Positions 1 through 10,673 of a DNA stretch of 63,515 nt are shown piece after piece; position 1 is the first letter of the stretch, and every line of letters begins with the position of its first letter. Source of the DNA: a virus (taxonomy: Duplodnaviria > Caudoviricetes); the IMG/VR virus record IMGVR_UViG_3300050343_000155, positions 1-63,515 of that record; one strand, given 5' to 3'. The notes below the pieces were generated by a model that was not told where the DNA came from, ran no database searches, and saw only the letters and a program-made list of their open reading frames with translations. Both the position numbers and the translations under genes were made by a program.

Positions 1-3000
1 GCTGTTCAGCAAGGCACTCCAGCTGAAATGCTTAGCCGATTCACGAAAATACCTGAGATAGAAAACGACTTTAAGGGAAAGCCTGACTCTGAGAAGCTTC
101 AAGCATATATAGATAGAGCAGACCTAAGTGAAGGCATGGGTCAGTTCATGAAAGGAGAAAACACTGAGGCTGTAATGTTCTCGGCAAAGAAAGTTCTCGA
201 TCTATCAGCGCACCCACAAAGTAGATCTTACAATCTGCCTGGAATATTCAAGGGCAGAAGCGTAAAGTCTATGCAGAACGTAAAGTTTGGTACTGGTAAG
301 ATTGACATTAGCAAATTGCTGGAAGGGAGAGCTTCAGAGGCTAATGTGAAAGGAAAGGTTTCTGAAAACAAGCCATCAGATCAGTTTGATGAATTTGTTG
401 AAGGGGTAGTATTTATGAGGCATCCTCTTCACGGAGACTCCTTTGTTGATTCTTACGGGAATATCATCAAGAGTGCTGAGCAGGTGTATATGTCAGGTGA
501 TGTCATCATCGCTTCTGGGAAAGTTAGATATGCTGGAAACTCTATTGAGAGAGGCAAGAAGTCAGAGAACATAGTGATAGAAAACCCAGAGCATTTCCGA
601 GCGTTTAATAACTTCATGTCTATCATGAAGCAGAGAAACCAGTCTCTAGCCAACGAGTCTACTGAAATGTTTGAAATGGCCTACAAGTCATTGACAGCTA
701 AGGATCGAGCAAGGTTTGCCAACCTAACCATAGACGAGCACGGTAACGTAATAAAAGGGAGAAGACTTAGGGGTACATCTAAACGCCTTGCAAACTCTTC
801 TGAGTTCGGAAGATTCAAAAATGAAATTGTAAGTAATCCAGAAAACTATATTGACAGACAGAGCATTGCAAACGAAAAGAAAAACCTAGAAGATCTTAGC
901 GCTCAAGAGCTCGTTAGTTTGATGAGGGGCGACGCTTTGGATAATTTAGCGACAAGAAACGACGATGTTGGTGTCCTAGCAGGAATCGAACTAATAAACA
1001 GGATGCAAGAAACAGGCAATGACATAGGCATTGCTGGAGTCCTGGATAGGTTGTCTGCGGTTGGAACAACAGCTGGTAGAATTCTCAGACACATGGCTGA
1101 ACTGAAGACAAGCAGTCCTCAGGGAATGGCAAGTGTGATAATTAAAAAAGCAGAAGCGCAGGGTAAGATTCTTTCTGAAGAGCAAAAGAACAAAATCCTT
1201 GAAGCCACCAAAACATACATGGCAGCTTACAAGAAAGCTCAAGACTTGCTGGAAAGAGGAATAGCTGGAGAGGACGTAGAAGCTGAGTTTAAAAAAGCGA
1301 AGAAAGACTTAAACGAAACTCAGTCTAAGCTTGATACTCTGGCTAATATGTATACGGAAAAAACCTGGTCCGAGATAGGCACTCAACTCGTTCAGGGTAA
1401 CTTGCTTACTATGATGTCTCAGTCTAGGAACGTGGTTTACAACCTAGCAAACGTAATACCGAAGACTGTAATTGATATTATGTCGATGCCTACTTCCAAG
1501 GCTTTTGAGCTCATGGGCTTACATAAAGAAAAGAGAAAGTTGTCTCTTGCTGGGTACTTGTACGCTTTAAGAAAGTTTGGGGCTGGATCCGTGGAGGCTA
1601 TGGAGCAGGTGATTACGGGCAGGGAAGAAGACATGTCTGAGTGGAGGATGAGCAGAGGGTTCATGCCTATTAGATCATTGATGGCTGCTATGTCAAGCGA
1701 CCTTCCAGAGGGTGTTACTCTCAGGAATGAAGTCAATCAAAGAGCTAAGCTTTTAGTTCAGGGTACTTTTGGAATTCCTGCCGAAGCCATGTTCAGGCTC
1801 TTAAGCTTGGGTGACGTTCCTTTTAGAAGGTTTGCTGAGGGTCTGGAACTTTACAGCCTTGCAAAAGCAAAAGGCCTTGAGGGTGATGCGCTTGCTCAGT
1901 TCTTAAAGTTTCCAGATAAAGCTAGCGCAGAGCAAGGGGCAACCGAGGGTAGAAAGCTAACCTTCCAGGAACCTATGGGCCTTGCGAGAGGGAGTATGTG
2001 GATCATTGATAACATCTCAAAAGGAATGGGTGAAGCATTTAAGAACGTTAAAGGCTTTGACGCTGAAGGGTTCTTTAAGTATCTCATTAGGCTTAACGTT
2101 CCTTATGTTTCTACGATAGCAAACTTTACCGAAGAGACTCTTACTTATGCTTCTCCAGTAGTTGGAATTGGAAAGATGGGTATTCAAATGGGTAACAAAG
2201 ATTACACAGAGGCATCTAAAACGCTGAGTAAGGTCATGGTTGGACAGGCGATAAGCACGACAGCTTTGCATCTCATCTCTCAGGGTCTTCTAAGCGGAAG
2301 TGTAGACTGGGAGGATGATGAAAAAACAAACCTCATGTACGATACATTCCCGCCAAACAGCATAAACGTTGACGGGTTAAGAAGAATGCTAGAGGGTGGT
2401 GATCCTGCTCCGCAGGCTGGTGATGAGTTTAGATCCTATCAGACGCTTGGGGTTTTCGGAACTATAATGGGTGCTTACGCTCACTCTACTTCTCCAGAAG
2501 CTGCAAAAGAAATGGCTGAACAACCCTTTAGCGGCAACAACGCACTAAAGAAAGTGTTCGGATTCGATAATGTATCAGTGATTGCGTACATGATGGATCA
2601 GAGCTTCCTTCAAGGACTGAATGGAATCACAAGTGTAATCTCAAGCACTAAGGATCCTGAAGATTTTGAAAGGGCTTTCTTTAGATATGCAGAAACAATA
2701 TCTAAAGCCTTCTCCTCTATGTTCCTTCCAAACGTACTCAGTGGGGTTGACCAATCAACCAGGGAGTTTATGCCAGACAAGAGAGATGTAGATCTAGCCG
2801 ACAGAATTAAAAACCACGTAAGAGAAAGGACCTTTAACACTGGTGGCCTTCCAGTAAAGGTTAATTGGAAGGGAGAGCGTATTGATCAAGCTCCTGTGGG
2901 AGGAAACCAGTTTGCCTACTATATGTTTGACGCAACTAAAATGCGAGAAGCTTCTCAGGATGACACCTCTATAGAGATATTAAATCTATACCTAAGGACT

Positions 3001-3414
3001 GGAGTGTTAACCAAGGCTGTTGGGACTCCTTATTATGCTTCTTCCGTGTATAGAAAAATACGTAAGCCTTCGGTTCGTAGAGGTAAGGCTAAAAAAGCCT
3101 ACGAAGCTTTGGGTGCTACTTACAGTTTTTTAGAAAACCCAGAAGAGGATTTTAACATTAAGCTTACAGCCGAGGAGGTAAACAACGCTCTTGAGATGAG
3201 TAACGTTCCGAGATACAATGAAATTAAGAGTTTTATTCAAACAGAAGAGTATCAAGCCATGACAGACGTTGAGAAGATAGAGTCTCTTGATGATATCAAC
3301 GGTAGGTATAAATCTTTACTTTCATACAATCCTGACGGTAGCTTTATGGAACACAGCAAGTACATACTGGACTTAATGGAGTCAAGATATTTAGAGCAAA
3401 ATGGACAAAATTAA
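1..3414 (+). CDS. C-terminal part of giant internal virion / polyvalent protein (continues from 57516..63515 across the window junction)
   Basis: The frame is open from base 1 (GCT GTT CAG ... ATG at 28). The ORF starting at 57516 ends exactly on a codon boundary at 63515. The sequence is helical and resembles large polyvalent/ejection proteins. Confidence 0.75.
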   Translation, partial: AVQQGTPAEMLSRFTKIPEIENDFKGKPDSEKLQAYIDRADLSEGMGQFMKGENTEAVMFSAKKVLDLSAHPQSRSYNLPGIFKGRSVKSMQNVKFGTGKIDISKLLEGRASEANVKGKVSENKPSDQFDEFVEGVVFMRHPLHGDSFVDSYGNIIKSAEQVYMSGDVIIASGKVRYAGNSIERGKKSENIVIENPEHFRAFNNFMSIMKQRNQSLANESTEMFEMAYKSLTAKDRARFANLTIDEHGNVIKGRRLRGTSKRLANSSEFGRFKNEIVSNPENYIDRQSIANEKKNLEDLSAQELVSLMRGDALDNLATRNDDVGVLAGIELINRMQETGNDIGIAGVLDRLSAVGTTAGRILRHMAELKTSSPQGMASVIIKKAEAQGKILSEEQKNKILEATKTYMAAYKKAQDLLERGIAGEDVEAEFKKAKKDLNETQSKLDTLANMYTEKTWSEIGTQLVQGNLLTMMSQSRNVVYNLANVIPKTVIDIMSMPTSKAFELMGLHKEKRKLSLAGYLYALRKFGAGSVEAMEQVITGREEDMSEWRMSRGFMPIRSLMAAMSSDLPEGVTLRNEVNQRAKLLVQGTFGIPAEAMFRLLSLGDVPFRRFAEGLELYSLAKAKGLEGDALAQFLKFPDKASAEQGATEGRKLTFQEPMGLARGSMWIIDNISKGMGEAFKNVKGFDAEGFFKYLIRLNVPYVSTIANFTEETLTYASPVVGIGKMGIQMGNKDYTEASKTLSKVMVGQAISTTALHLISQGLLSGSVDWEDDEKTNLMYDTFPPNSINVDGLRRMLEGGDPAPQAGDEFRSYQTLGVFGTIMGAYAHSTSPEAAKEMAEQPFSGNNALKKVFGFDNVSVIAYMMDQSFLQGLNGITSVISSTKDPEDFERAFFRYAETISKAFSSMFLPNVLSGVDQSTREFMPDKRDVDLADRIKNHVRERTFNTGGLPVKVNWKGERIDQAPVGGNQFAYYMFDATKMREASQDDTSIEILNLYLRTGVLTKAVGTPYYASSVYRKIRKPSVRRGKAKKAYEALGATYSFLENPEEDFNIKLTAEEVNNALEMSNVPRYNEIKSFIQTEEYQAMTDVEKIESLDDINGRYKSLLSYNPDGSFMEHSKYILDLMESRYLEQNGQN

Positions 3415-3826
3415 AGACACCAAGCTAGGGGGTTGGCTAAAGGCCAAAGCTCCAGGCATTCTAAGCCTCGTAGGGGACCTTCTGCCAGACAAGGGGGGTC
3501 TTGGTATTGTAAAGAACCTATTGGACAAAGAGGAGGGTTTAGATCCAGCCGAATCTAAAGCAGCTTTAGATGCTGAGGTTGAGTTTCAGAACAACGTATC
3601 TAGACGCTGGGAGGCTGACATGTCTAGTGATGTAAAGATTGCTAAGATCATTCGACCAGCAACTATGATTGTTCTTATGCTGTTCTTTATGGTGATGATG
3701 ATATGGGATGGGCTTGACGAAAGCTTCATGCCTAAGGAGAGCTACGTGTCTCTTTTAGAGATACTTATGCTTACGGTTTTTGGGGCGTACTTTGCAGGAA
3801 GAACTATCGAAAAAACTAAACGATGA
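3401..3826 (+). CDS. Putative holin (3TM-holin-like)
   Basis: Two C-terminal hydrophobic helices, RWEADM..IRP motif, and a GAYFAGRTIEK ending typical of phage 3TM holins. Confidence 0.65.
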   Translation: MDKIKDTKLGGWLKAKAPGILSLVGDLLPDKGGLGIVKNLLDKEEGLDPAESKAALDAEVEFQNNVSRRWEADMSSDVKIAKIIRPATMIVLMLFFMVMMIWDGLDESFMPKESYVSLLEILMLTVFGAYFAGRTIEKTKR

Positions 3827-4900
3827 AACACCTAGCTCTTATGCTATGCCTGCTCTCACAGTACGTGATTGTAGGACAGGACTCTTGCGCTGTATTCGGC
3901 AACGAACAATGTTCAACCCAGAATGATGGGGTATGTCCCAGAGCCGATGCAGTGGGAGGAGATCGACTACGTATACCACATATACTACACCGACAGCTTT
4001 CCAGATAGCTACATACCTGAGGACATCATCATGGATGCTCACGAGCATCTGAACGAGGAGTTCGATGAAGCCATGTTAAGCTTCGATCTTGTTTCGATTG
4101 TGTACCACGACTTCGATGAGTTCTGGGGTGCTCCTGTAATCTTAGAGCAAAACAACATTTGTGTGCCGTACAGTCAGAGCGGGTTTCATATGGATGGATG
4201 CCTACGTAGAGGACCTGGTGTGGGATAGAGAGATATACATGAACGTGCATATATTCCCTAAGTTTTGTAACGGAATACTGGGATTTGCCTGGACATCTTA
4301 CAGCTAGCACTGAGCTGGAGGGGTGTGGGTTAGGTCTGACGTGTTCGGAAATTACGGTCCTCAGCTTTCGTATGACGACCAGAGATCAAAACAAAACTCT
4401 AATACACGAAGTGGGTCACTACGTTGGATTGCAGGCATGTATTCAAGGCGTAGACTTCTGCGGTGAAGACTTAGGTCCTTGCGATGAGTCAGGTGACTAC
4501 GTTTGCGATACACCTCCCACTAAGGTGAACTTTAACTGCGAGAACCCTATATGTCCTCCAGCTCTGTATGGACTACGAAGCCAAACAATCACATGGATTA
4601 CTATGTGGATTCATGTAGAACTAACTTTACCCCTGGTCAGATTGAGCGCATCCACTACATACTACCTATCTCTCGTCCAGGCATCACTGATCAAGAAGCG
4701 TACTGTCTAGGAGACATAAACGGAGACCACGTTGTAGGTATGATTGACTTGATGCTTATGCTAGTCTAACTGGGACAATCCAGGTACGTGGACACCTGGA
4801 GACCTAAACGGTAACGGATACTTCAATGTAATTGACTTCTCAGATACTGCTAGGTCAGTGGGGTACAATATGTTACGGTGCCGAACTTGATCCTTTTTAT
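3823..4900 (+). pseudogene. Frameshifted secreted zinc metalloprotease (M43/pappalysin-like) with C-terminal dockerin/EF-hand-like repeats
   Basis: Pieces in alternating frames: signal-like MKHLALMLCLLS, LIHEVGHYVGL, GDYVCDTPP, NHMDYYVDSCRTNFTPGQIERI, CLGDINGDHVVGMIDL and GDLNGNGYFNVID. There are several indels, which may be sequencing errors. The end coordinate is approximate. Confidence 0.75.
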
Positions 4901-6717
4901 AGGGAGGACGCTTCATCTTGCATCTCCAAGTATGTTCCCTCATCAATCTCCTCAAGAGGAGCCTGCTTGAATCCATGCTCATTATGAAGCAAGAAAGATA
5001 CAGACTTTACGTTCTTGAAGTTCTTGTCGAGCCACTCCTTGATGCCGTCCAGCTCTTCCTTACGATAGTAAATAGTAACAGATACAGCATTATCAGACCA
5101 CTCAGCTTGTAAGCGTTTAATAACTTCCAACTGATCCAAGGCTGTCATGTCGTTAGCAAACATGGTTCCTTTAGGGAACTTACATGGAAAGCTTACAACG
5201 ATAGTAGACTTGTCTTCTGTGCCATCAAAGTTTAGCACGAACTCCACAGGGTACCCGTGCTCCCTGGCGGCATGTGCCAGACTGCTATCAGCTGACATTC
5301 TGATTCGTCGAATATAATATTCGCTGTATCCTGGATGCGCTCCTGGTGTAACGCCAGCAAGTAGACTAAGCGTTCCAGATGGCTTGACTGTTGTAAGTTT
5401 AATGGATGCTGGATATCCTGCCAGTTGAGAGTATTCTTTGTCATATGCTCTGATGTAGTCATAGCAATCAGCCAACCAAGATCGCTGCTCTTCAGTAGCT
5501 TGCAAGTATCCAGTGACTCCGATACCCATACGCATATTCTTGTGTACGATATCCTCGGTCTCCTTCACAGCACATTTGATGGCCAAGCTATGCTTGTTAA
5601 TTCTATAAAGATAACGCGCAACCTTCTTGAGTTCTTCGTAGTGCTCGATGTTTGGTAGATAAATCTCAGCCAAGCAGCAAGTCTCGAAGTTAGCTAGCGA
5701 CTGCTCAGCACAAGGATTAAACCCCTGCACGTCTGGGTCTGGGTACTCGACTTCAAAAGTGCGTCCCATGCGGCGTGAAGCCTCTAGATTGATGAGTCCG
5801 TATGGTTCTCCGTTACCGTTGTATCCTTCCCAGAACTCAGCGGGTAGCTTTGAGATGTCATCACAAACGACAGAGTTGTTGCTCATCGCTCTCCAGTTAG
5901 GAATACCTCCTAGGTCCCATCGCTTTGCTTGCAAGTACTCTACATCATCGCAGTCTCCGATAGCAATCTGCGCAGATCTACGAACGTTACCAGCTACAAC
6001 AATTCTACCGATGATGTTCATTACATCGAGGCAGTCAACAGGGCTGAGCCGCTGACCTGATTTCTTGTTTAAGATTTCATTGATCTCTTGCATACCCCAG
6101 ACCAGATCCTCAGGCCCTGAAGCTGTTCCTCCGAATCCTTTAATGGCAGAGCCCTTAGACCGAATAAGATGTGTAGCATATGTAAAGTCCTCACCTGTAA
6201 CAAATGAAGCCTCCAGGACGCGCTGTAAAAGCTCTACCCACCCCTCACGGCTGTCAGGAACAATAAAGTCTGCGTCGTTCTCGTCTATACGCTCTACCTT
6301 AACTCGGTTCTTAACCTTTGGTAGCTGGTACACGTTCTCTCGCTGGATATTAAAACCTACACCTGAGCCAAGCATAAGCATTTCAAACGCCCATGTAAAT
6401 GGACGAATAGGATCATCTACCACTACGAAAGCGCAGTTCTGTAGAGACGGTAACCCCAATCGGTCAACTGTTTTAGTACCTAGCTGCCAGAGAAATCGCC
6501 CTGCCACAGTGCCTTTCAGCTCCATCATTATCTTCTTCAGCTCACCCTCTTCGAATTGGGTAAAGCCTACGTTGAGTTGGTCACGACACGCATCAATCAC
6601 TCGATCAACGGTGTCCTCCCACTCTTCTGTTTTGCCATCGGCAGTTTGTCTGGAATAGGTACGCTTATAGACAGCATACCCTACCTCGCCCCAAGGGACA
6701 AGTGAAGGATCATACAT
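4897..6717 (-). CDS. nrdJ: Class II (adenosylcobalamin-dependent) ribonucleotide reductase, monomeric RTPR type
   Basis: YKRTYSR, LQNCAF, VVAGNVRRSA, GFNPCAEQ and TTVKPSGT motifs; no beta subunit gene nearby. Confidence 0.9.
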   Translation of the reverse strand: MYDPSLVPWGEVGYAVYKRTYSRQTADGKTEEWEDTVDRVIDACRDQLNVGFTQFEEGELKKIMMELKGTVAGRFLWQLGTKTVDRLGLPSLQNCAFVVVDDPIRPFTWAFEMLMLGSGVGFNIQRENVYQLPKVKNRVKVERIDENDADFIVPDSREGWVELLQRVLEASFVTGEDFTYATHLIRSKGSAIKGFGGTASGPEDLVWGMQEINEILNKKSGQRLSPVDCLDVMNIIGRIVVAGNVRRSAQIAIGDCDDVEYLQAKRWDLGGIPNWRAMSNNSVVCDDISKLPAEFWEGYNGNGEPYGLINLEASRRMGRTFEVEYPDPDVQGFNPCAEQSLANFETCCLAEIYLPNIEHYEELKKVARYLYRINKHSLAIKCAVKETEDIVHKNMRMGIGVTGYLQATEEQRSWLADCYDYIRAYDKEYSQLAGYPASIKLTTVKPSGTLSLLAGVTPGAHPGYSEYYIRRIRMSADSSLAHAAREHGYPVEFVLNFDGTEDKSTIVVSFPCKFPKGTMFANDMTALDQLEVIKRLQAEWSDNAVSVTIYYRKEELDGIKEWLDKNFKNVKSVSFLLHNEHGFKQAPLEEIDEGTYLEMQDEASSL

Positions 6718-6758
6718 ATTAAAAAAATTTAAAAATTAAAAACGGACTACTAAGATAG

Positions 6759-7259
6759 TCAATAGTCCTTAAAATACTTCCACACCCTGTACGTCTCTAA
6801 AGACTTGAGGTCCAACAAGTTAAGAGTTGTTATGACATCCTCTCGATCTTTTCGAGTGTACTTTTTCTTGTATGAATCTCGCTTGTGCGACACAAATACA
6901 TCTTCCACATTCTCCTCGCAGTAAGACACTAGGTCTTCGCGATCAACGATACTGAATCCACCCTCTTCTGGCATGTCGAATGCTATAATTTTGGCACCCC
7001 CATACATCCATCCTGGGTTTCCAGCTACGTTTTTAAACTCACACCAAATCTCATCTGGTAGGTTATTGCCTTTTACATCTACTCCCCACCTTCCTTCTAC
7101 CTCTTCGTGTTGCATCCAGAAATCAACATGCATATGCACATCGTCTTTTCTACCTGACTTTACAACTTGAAGTCCTAGGTCTCTTGCCGCACGTTCAAAG
7201 CGTACTTCAGCTACCCTTCCTGTTGAGAACGAATATCGTTTCCTGTTTTGACTTTGCAT
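6759..7259 (-). CDS. Putative PD-(D/E)XK nuclease-like protein
   Basis: HVDFW...GVDVKG motif; start reassigned to MQSQNRK. Confidence 0.5.
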   Translation of the reverse strand: MQSQNRKRYSFSTGRVAEVRFERAARDLGLQVVKSGRKDDVHMHVDFWMQHEEVEGRWGVDVKGNNLPDEIWCEFKNVAGNPGWMYGGAKIIAFDMPEEGGFSIVDREDLVSYCEENVEDVFVSHKRDSYKKKYTRKDREDVITTLNLLDLKSLETYRVWKYFKDY

Positions 7260-7491
7260 CGTGGTTTGCTTCAGAGTGTTCAAACGAAGCCTCCTTAACA
7301 AGGTCAAGCTCCTGATTCATCATTACGCGAATACCCGCAACCATGTTGGCTACGTTCCCAGAATCCTCACGGGGATCTCCGTTCTCATCGAATAGCTCTT
7401 CAAAAAACTCATCAATGAGTTCATGAAGCCTTACGGTGGCTATCCTGTAGCTAGCTCCTAGCTGTTCCTTTGTTAACTCGTTTTTTGCCAT
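7207..7491 (-). CDS. Hypothetical protein
   Basis: 94-aa ORF overlapping its operon neighbours. Confidence 0.6.
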   Translation of the reverse strand: MAKNELTKEQLGASYRIATVRLHELIDEFFEELFDENGDPREDSGNVANMVAGIRVMMNQELDLVKEASFEHSEANHDAKSKQETIFVLNRKGS

Positions 7492-7939
7492 ATCCTAGTT
7501 CTTTAAGTTTCACTATAGCCTGCTCAATCTGGTGTTTGTTTTTACAGATGAACAAAGCGGGGACTGGTTCTCCTGAGTCTATCAAGTGCTTAAGGAACAG
7601 CTTCCAACGCATCGGGAAGTCATGATGCGAAGGAGTGTACCCTTTGGTTTCAATAATCCATTCTCCGTTTGGTCCTACGAAGTCTGGAGTGTATTTAATG
7701 GGAAGGACTATCGCACCGCTACGATCCGACAAGTCTTTCCGCTTGGTAGTCATCTTCAAGTAAGTTCCTGGATACCTAAACTTCTCTACGAGCATGTACT
7801 CGTGAGTTTCATAGGTGAAGTTGATCTTATGCTCAGACAATAAGTCTGCACAGGTCTTCTCTAGTCCGCTTTTATACTTACCTAAATTGCGCTTTTTTGC
7901 TGATTTGCGCTTAGGGGTCCCGCTTTTCTGTCGTTTCAC
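7451..7939 (-). CDS. T7 endonuclease I-like Holliday junction resolvase
   Basis: YKSGLE, YTPDF and IETKG motifs. Confidence 0.8.
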   Translation of the reverse strand: MKRQKSGTPKRKSAKKRNLGKYKSGLEKTCADLLSEHKINFTYETHEYMLVEKFRYPGTYLKMTTKRKDLSDRSGAIVLPIKYTPDFVGPNGEWIIETKGYTPSHHDFPMRWKLFLKHLIDSGEPVPALFICKNKHQIEQAIVKLKELGYGKKRVNKGTARS

Positions 7940-7956
7940 TCAGGCTAAGATACAGC

Positions 7957-9774
7957 CTAAGTGTCTAAAAACGAAGAGTTCATGGGAAAAACAAAAGGTT
8001 CTTGCTTGCCCCCCTCCAAATCAACAGACTCAAACATCATTCTCTGAGTCTTGAAAGCACGGAAACCAGTTCTAGACGTGTTCATTTCAAATCTAAATGG
8101 TTCTTCAAGCGGGGTAGGCTCTCCGCCTGTCTCTACGTCACGCACCTTACGTACATGAAACTCTGTAATCTTACGCTCAGATGGTGTTGGGTGTTGCACC
8201 TTTCTGTGTATAGTCAAGAACGAGTCAGCTCGATTAACGAACTTACCTCCACCCTCAGTGTCCTCAGCGTATGGAGCTACAGGTAGGCCGTCCTCACCCT
8301 TAATCCGCTGTGAAGCAGTAACAGCATGCATGTTCAACCACACTGCGATGTTGTTTGCTGTAGAGAATGTAAGGAACTCAGAGGCTGCCTCGTAGTGATA
8401 CTCGTGTACACCGATACCCGACTTACCCATGTCAAGCTTGAGGCTGTTGTATGGGTCTACAAACACAGCGTCAACCTCTTGCTGCTTCATTACCTTCTCA
8501 AGGAACACGATGATATCTGAGTAACTGTATACCTGTTTGTTACTGATTACAGTAAAGTACTTGCCTACCCATTCGTATGCCTTCTTGCGCTCCATGTAGT
8601 TCATAGAGGAGATGGGTTTGTTTAGGGCGAATTGTATAAGGGTCATCTTCAATGAAGCTGTTCGGTTCTCTGATGAGTATACAACCCACTTCCACCCATG
8701 CCGCACGGTAGCGTTGACCATGAGGTACAGAGCCATTGTAGTCTTACCTACATTACTATGCCCATTTATGATAGTGAACTCTCGCTTGTACCTGAAGTAC
8801 TGATCGAGATCCTTGTCACCCGTGTCCAAGCCTACAGGTATGCGTCCATTAGCGTAATCATCAATCCACCTGAAGTCCTCATCGTCCGATGATATGAACG
8901 ACATGTCCCCGTCATTAACGAGCATCTCACGCTGAGCCTTCTTCTCGTCGTCGATGGTATCTCGGATAGGGTCTTGCTTACCCTTTTCGATGGCGTCTCG
9001 TATGGTGTTTACGGTATGCTTCTCGTCATCTACATCACGCTTGAGTATCTCACGAGTAAGTACACGGACTACCTCGTCCTCTTCCATACGTCCAGCGGCT
9101 ACATAGCCACCACACAGCCTAGCAGCACGAAGCAGGGTAGCATGTTTCTCCCCGTCATCGCACTGACGTATCATACGTGCAGCTAGATTTAACTTTAAGT
9201 AATCCGTGTAAACACCTGATTGTGAGACAGCTACCTGTGATTCACTCTTCTCTGTAGCGAACGCACCGAAGGTAGATGATTCATCCTTGATGATGATTTC
9301 TGGGTCGTATGACTCGAAGCATGCGCGAGACTCATTGATGCCTGACTCGTCTACCTCTAGGTCATACTGCTTGCCGAAGTATGTACGTAACGCTCGGAAG
9401 TGATCGCGGTGCCGCTCAGGGTGAGTTATCTTGACTAACGCCTTAAGCCCATCACCCGAAGGAGAAACCCAACAGCTGTACACATACGGGTCCGTACTGA
9501 GAAGCGCTTTGGATGCTGTAACATCAATATGATCGAAGTCAAGAACAATGTATCCGCTATGTTTTTCAATTGATTGGTCTTTTCTGTCGCCAAACTCACC
9601 GCTGAATAGTACAACGGGTAGGCTTTTTTTGAAATCCTTTTCTCCACCACGAACAGCTTCAATCGTTGGCGCAGAAGTCCCCTCCTGTATTCTTTTGAGG
9701 GCAGTCACAATCGGAATCACATGGGCATCCGCCTTTGACTTTTTGTACAGGTCTTTGTATATCGTTACGTTCAT
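7957..9774 (-). CDS. Primase-helicase: N-terminal BT4734/VirE_N-like primase domain plus C-terminal DnaB/SF4 helicase
   Basis: N-terminal KKSLP, LDFDH and SPSGDGLK; C-terminal Walker A GHSNVGKT, VFVDPYN and HVRKVR. Confidence 0.8.
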   Translation of the reverse strand: MNVTIYKDLYKKSKADAHVIPIVTALKRIQEGTSAPTIEAVRGGEKDFKKSLPVVLFSGEFGDRKDQSIEKHSGYIVLDFDHIDVTASKALLSTDPYVYSCWVSPSGDGLKALVKITHPERHRDHFRALRTYFGKQYDLEVDESGINESRACFESYDPEIIIKDESSTFGAFATEKSESQVAVSQSGVYTDYLKLNLAARMIRQCDDGEKHATLLRAARLCGGYVAAGRMEEDEVVRVLTREILKRDVDDEKHTVNTIRDAIEKGKQDPIRDTIDDEKKAQREMLVNDGDMSFISSDDEDFRWIDDYANGRIPVGLDTGDKDLDQYFRYKREFTIINGHSNVGKTTMALYLMVNATVRHGWKWVVYSSENRTASLKMTLIQFALNKPISSMNYMERKKAYEWVGKYFTVISNKQVYSYSDIIVFLEKVMKQQEVDAVFVDPYNSLKLDMGKSGIGVHEYHYEAASEFLTFSTANNIAVWLNMHAVTASQRIKGEDGLPVAPYAEDTEGGGKFVNRADSFLTIHRKVQHPTPSERKITEFHVRKVRDVETGGEPTPLEEPFRFEMNTSRTGFRAFKTQRMMFESVDLEGGKQEPFVFPMNSSFLDT

Positions 9775-9979
9775 CCGAGTATTTGTATTCGAGTAGTAGA
9801 TTTAAATAGTGGATAGCCTTGAGGACATCCTCCTTGCCGTTCTTGAATTCGTGTCGGCATACGTATTTAATCACATTCCCCTCTATGAAGGGTATGTCAT
9901 TTGCTGCTATGAAGTCAGTGGGCTGAATCTTCATTTCCTTGTAGTGCTTACCGCCTACTTGTTTGTCGCTATGTTTCAT
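9659..9979 (-). CDS. DUF3310-like protein (T7 gp1.7-like nucleotide kinase family)
   Basis: QVGGKHYK, GNVIKYVCR and KNGKEDVLKAIHYL motifs. Confidence 0.75.
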   Translation of the reverse strand: MKHSDKQVGGKHYKEMKIQPTDFIAANDIPFIEGNVIKYVCRHEFKNGKEDVLKAIHYLNLLLEYKYSDERNDIQRPVQKVKGGCPCDSDCDCPQKNTGGDFCAND

Positions 9980-10217
9980 GTGGTATTGATGTTGTTCCAA
10001 CTTGTTTTATCGAAGTTATGGAATCAATCACAATTGTCTTGTTCTTAGCCTTCGCGGTAAACAATTCACGCTCAAGTCTTGACATTGTTTTTCCATCCTT
10101 CTTCATGATGTCCTCTGGGTTGTCATACTGGCTTACGATCCACACACTTCTGGTTTGTGGTCGCTTGTTCTTTATCGTGATGACCTTGGCGGTCATGGAG
10201 TATATAGGTCGTCCCAT
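9969..10217 (-). CDS. Hypothetical protein
   Basis: ORF with start reassigned to MGRPIYS, just downstream of the terminator hairpin. Confidence 0.55.
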   Translation of the reverse strand: MGRPIYSMTAKVITIKNKRPQTRSVWIVSQYDNPEDIMKKDGKTMSRLERELFTAKAKNKTIVIDSITSIKQVGTTSIPHET

Positions 10218-10228
10218 AATGTTATAGG

Positions 10229-10260
10229 GAAGAAAAGGGGCAGAGCTTTCGCCCCACCCC
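10229..10260 (-). terminator. Intrinsic terminator after the SSB gene
   Basis: Minus strand reads GGGGTGGGGC-GAAA-GCTCTGCCCC followed by TTTTCTT. Confidence 0.7.
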
Positions 10261-10281
10261 GTTCCCTGATAAAACAACCTG

Positions 10282-10584
10282 TTAGAACGGAAGGTCAGAA
10301 GACCCTTCGGATTTAGTTGTTGTGCGACGCTCTTGCGCAGCTTCACTATTAGGATCCCACACACTCAGGCATGGTTTGCCATTCTTCGACATGAATAGTC
10401 GAAATCTAACGTTGCCGCCCTGACCCTGTGCATCACGCTTGGTGGTGTACTGATCGATGGCATCCTTAAGCTCGTTATCCTTGAGACGGAAAGACCATCC
10501 CATTAACTCGCCATTGTCATTGTAGCTAGGCTCATCTGCCCAACCTACTAGTACGCTCTCGTACTTCTTTGTTTGTTCACTCAT
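10282..10584 (-). CDS. Putative single-stranded DNA-binding protein
   Basis: 100 aa, aromatic beta-rich core, C-terminal SDLPF tail, located in the recombination module. Confidence 0.6.
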   Translation of the reverse strand: MSEQTKKYESVLVGWADEPSYNDNGELMGWSFRLKDNELKDAIDQYTTKRDAQGQGGNVRFRLFMSKNGKPCLSVWDPNSEAAQERRTTTKSEGSSDLPF

Positions 10585-10673
10585 GTTAATGAATTATTAA
10601 AATAAAGGTTATTAAAAATAAAGAATAAACTCCTAAGGCTAAGCAGCCGTTTATCAATCGGTTAATTGTTGAC

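Noticed and set aside
3823-4900. Diversity-generating retroelement causing the disrupted gene
   Set aside because: No reverse transcriptase or TR/VR pair was seen, and the lesions are indels rather than A-specific substitutions.
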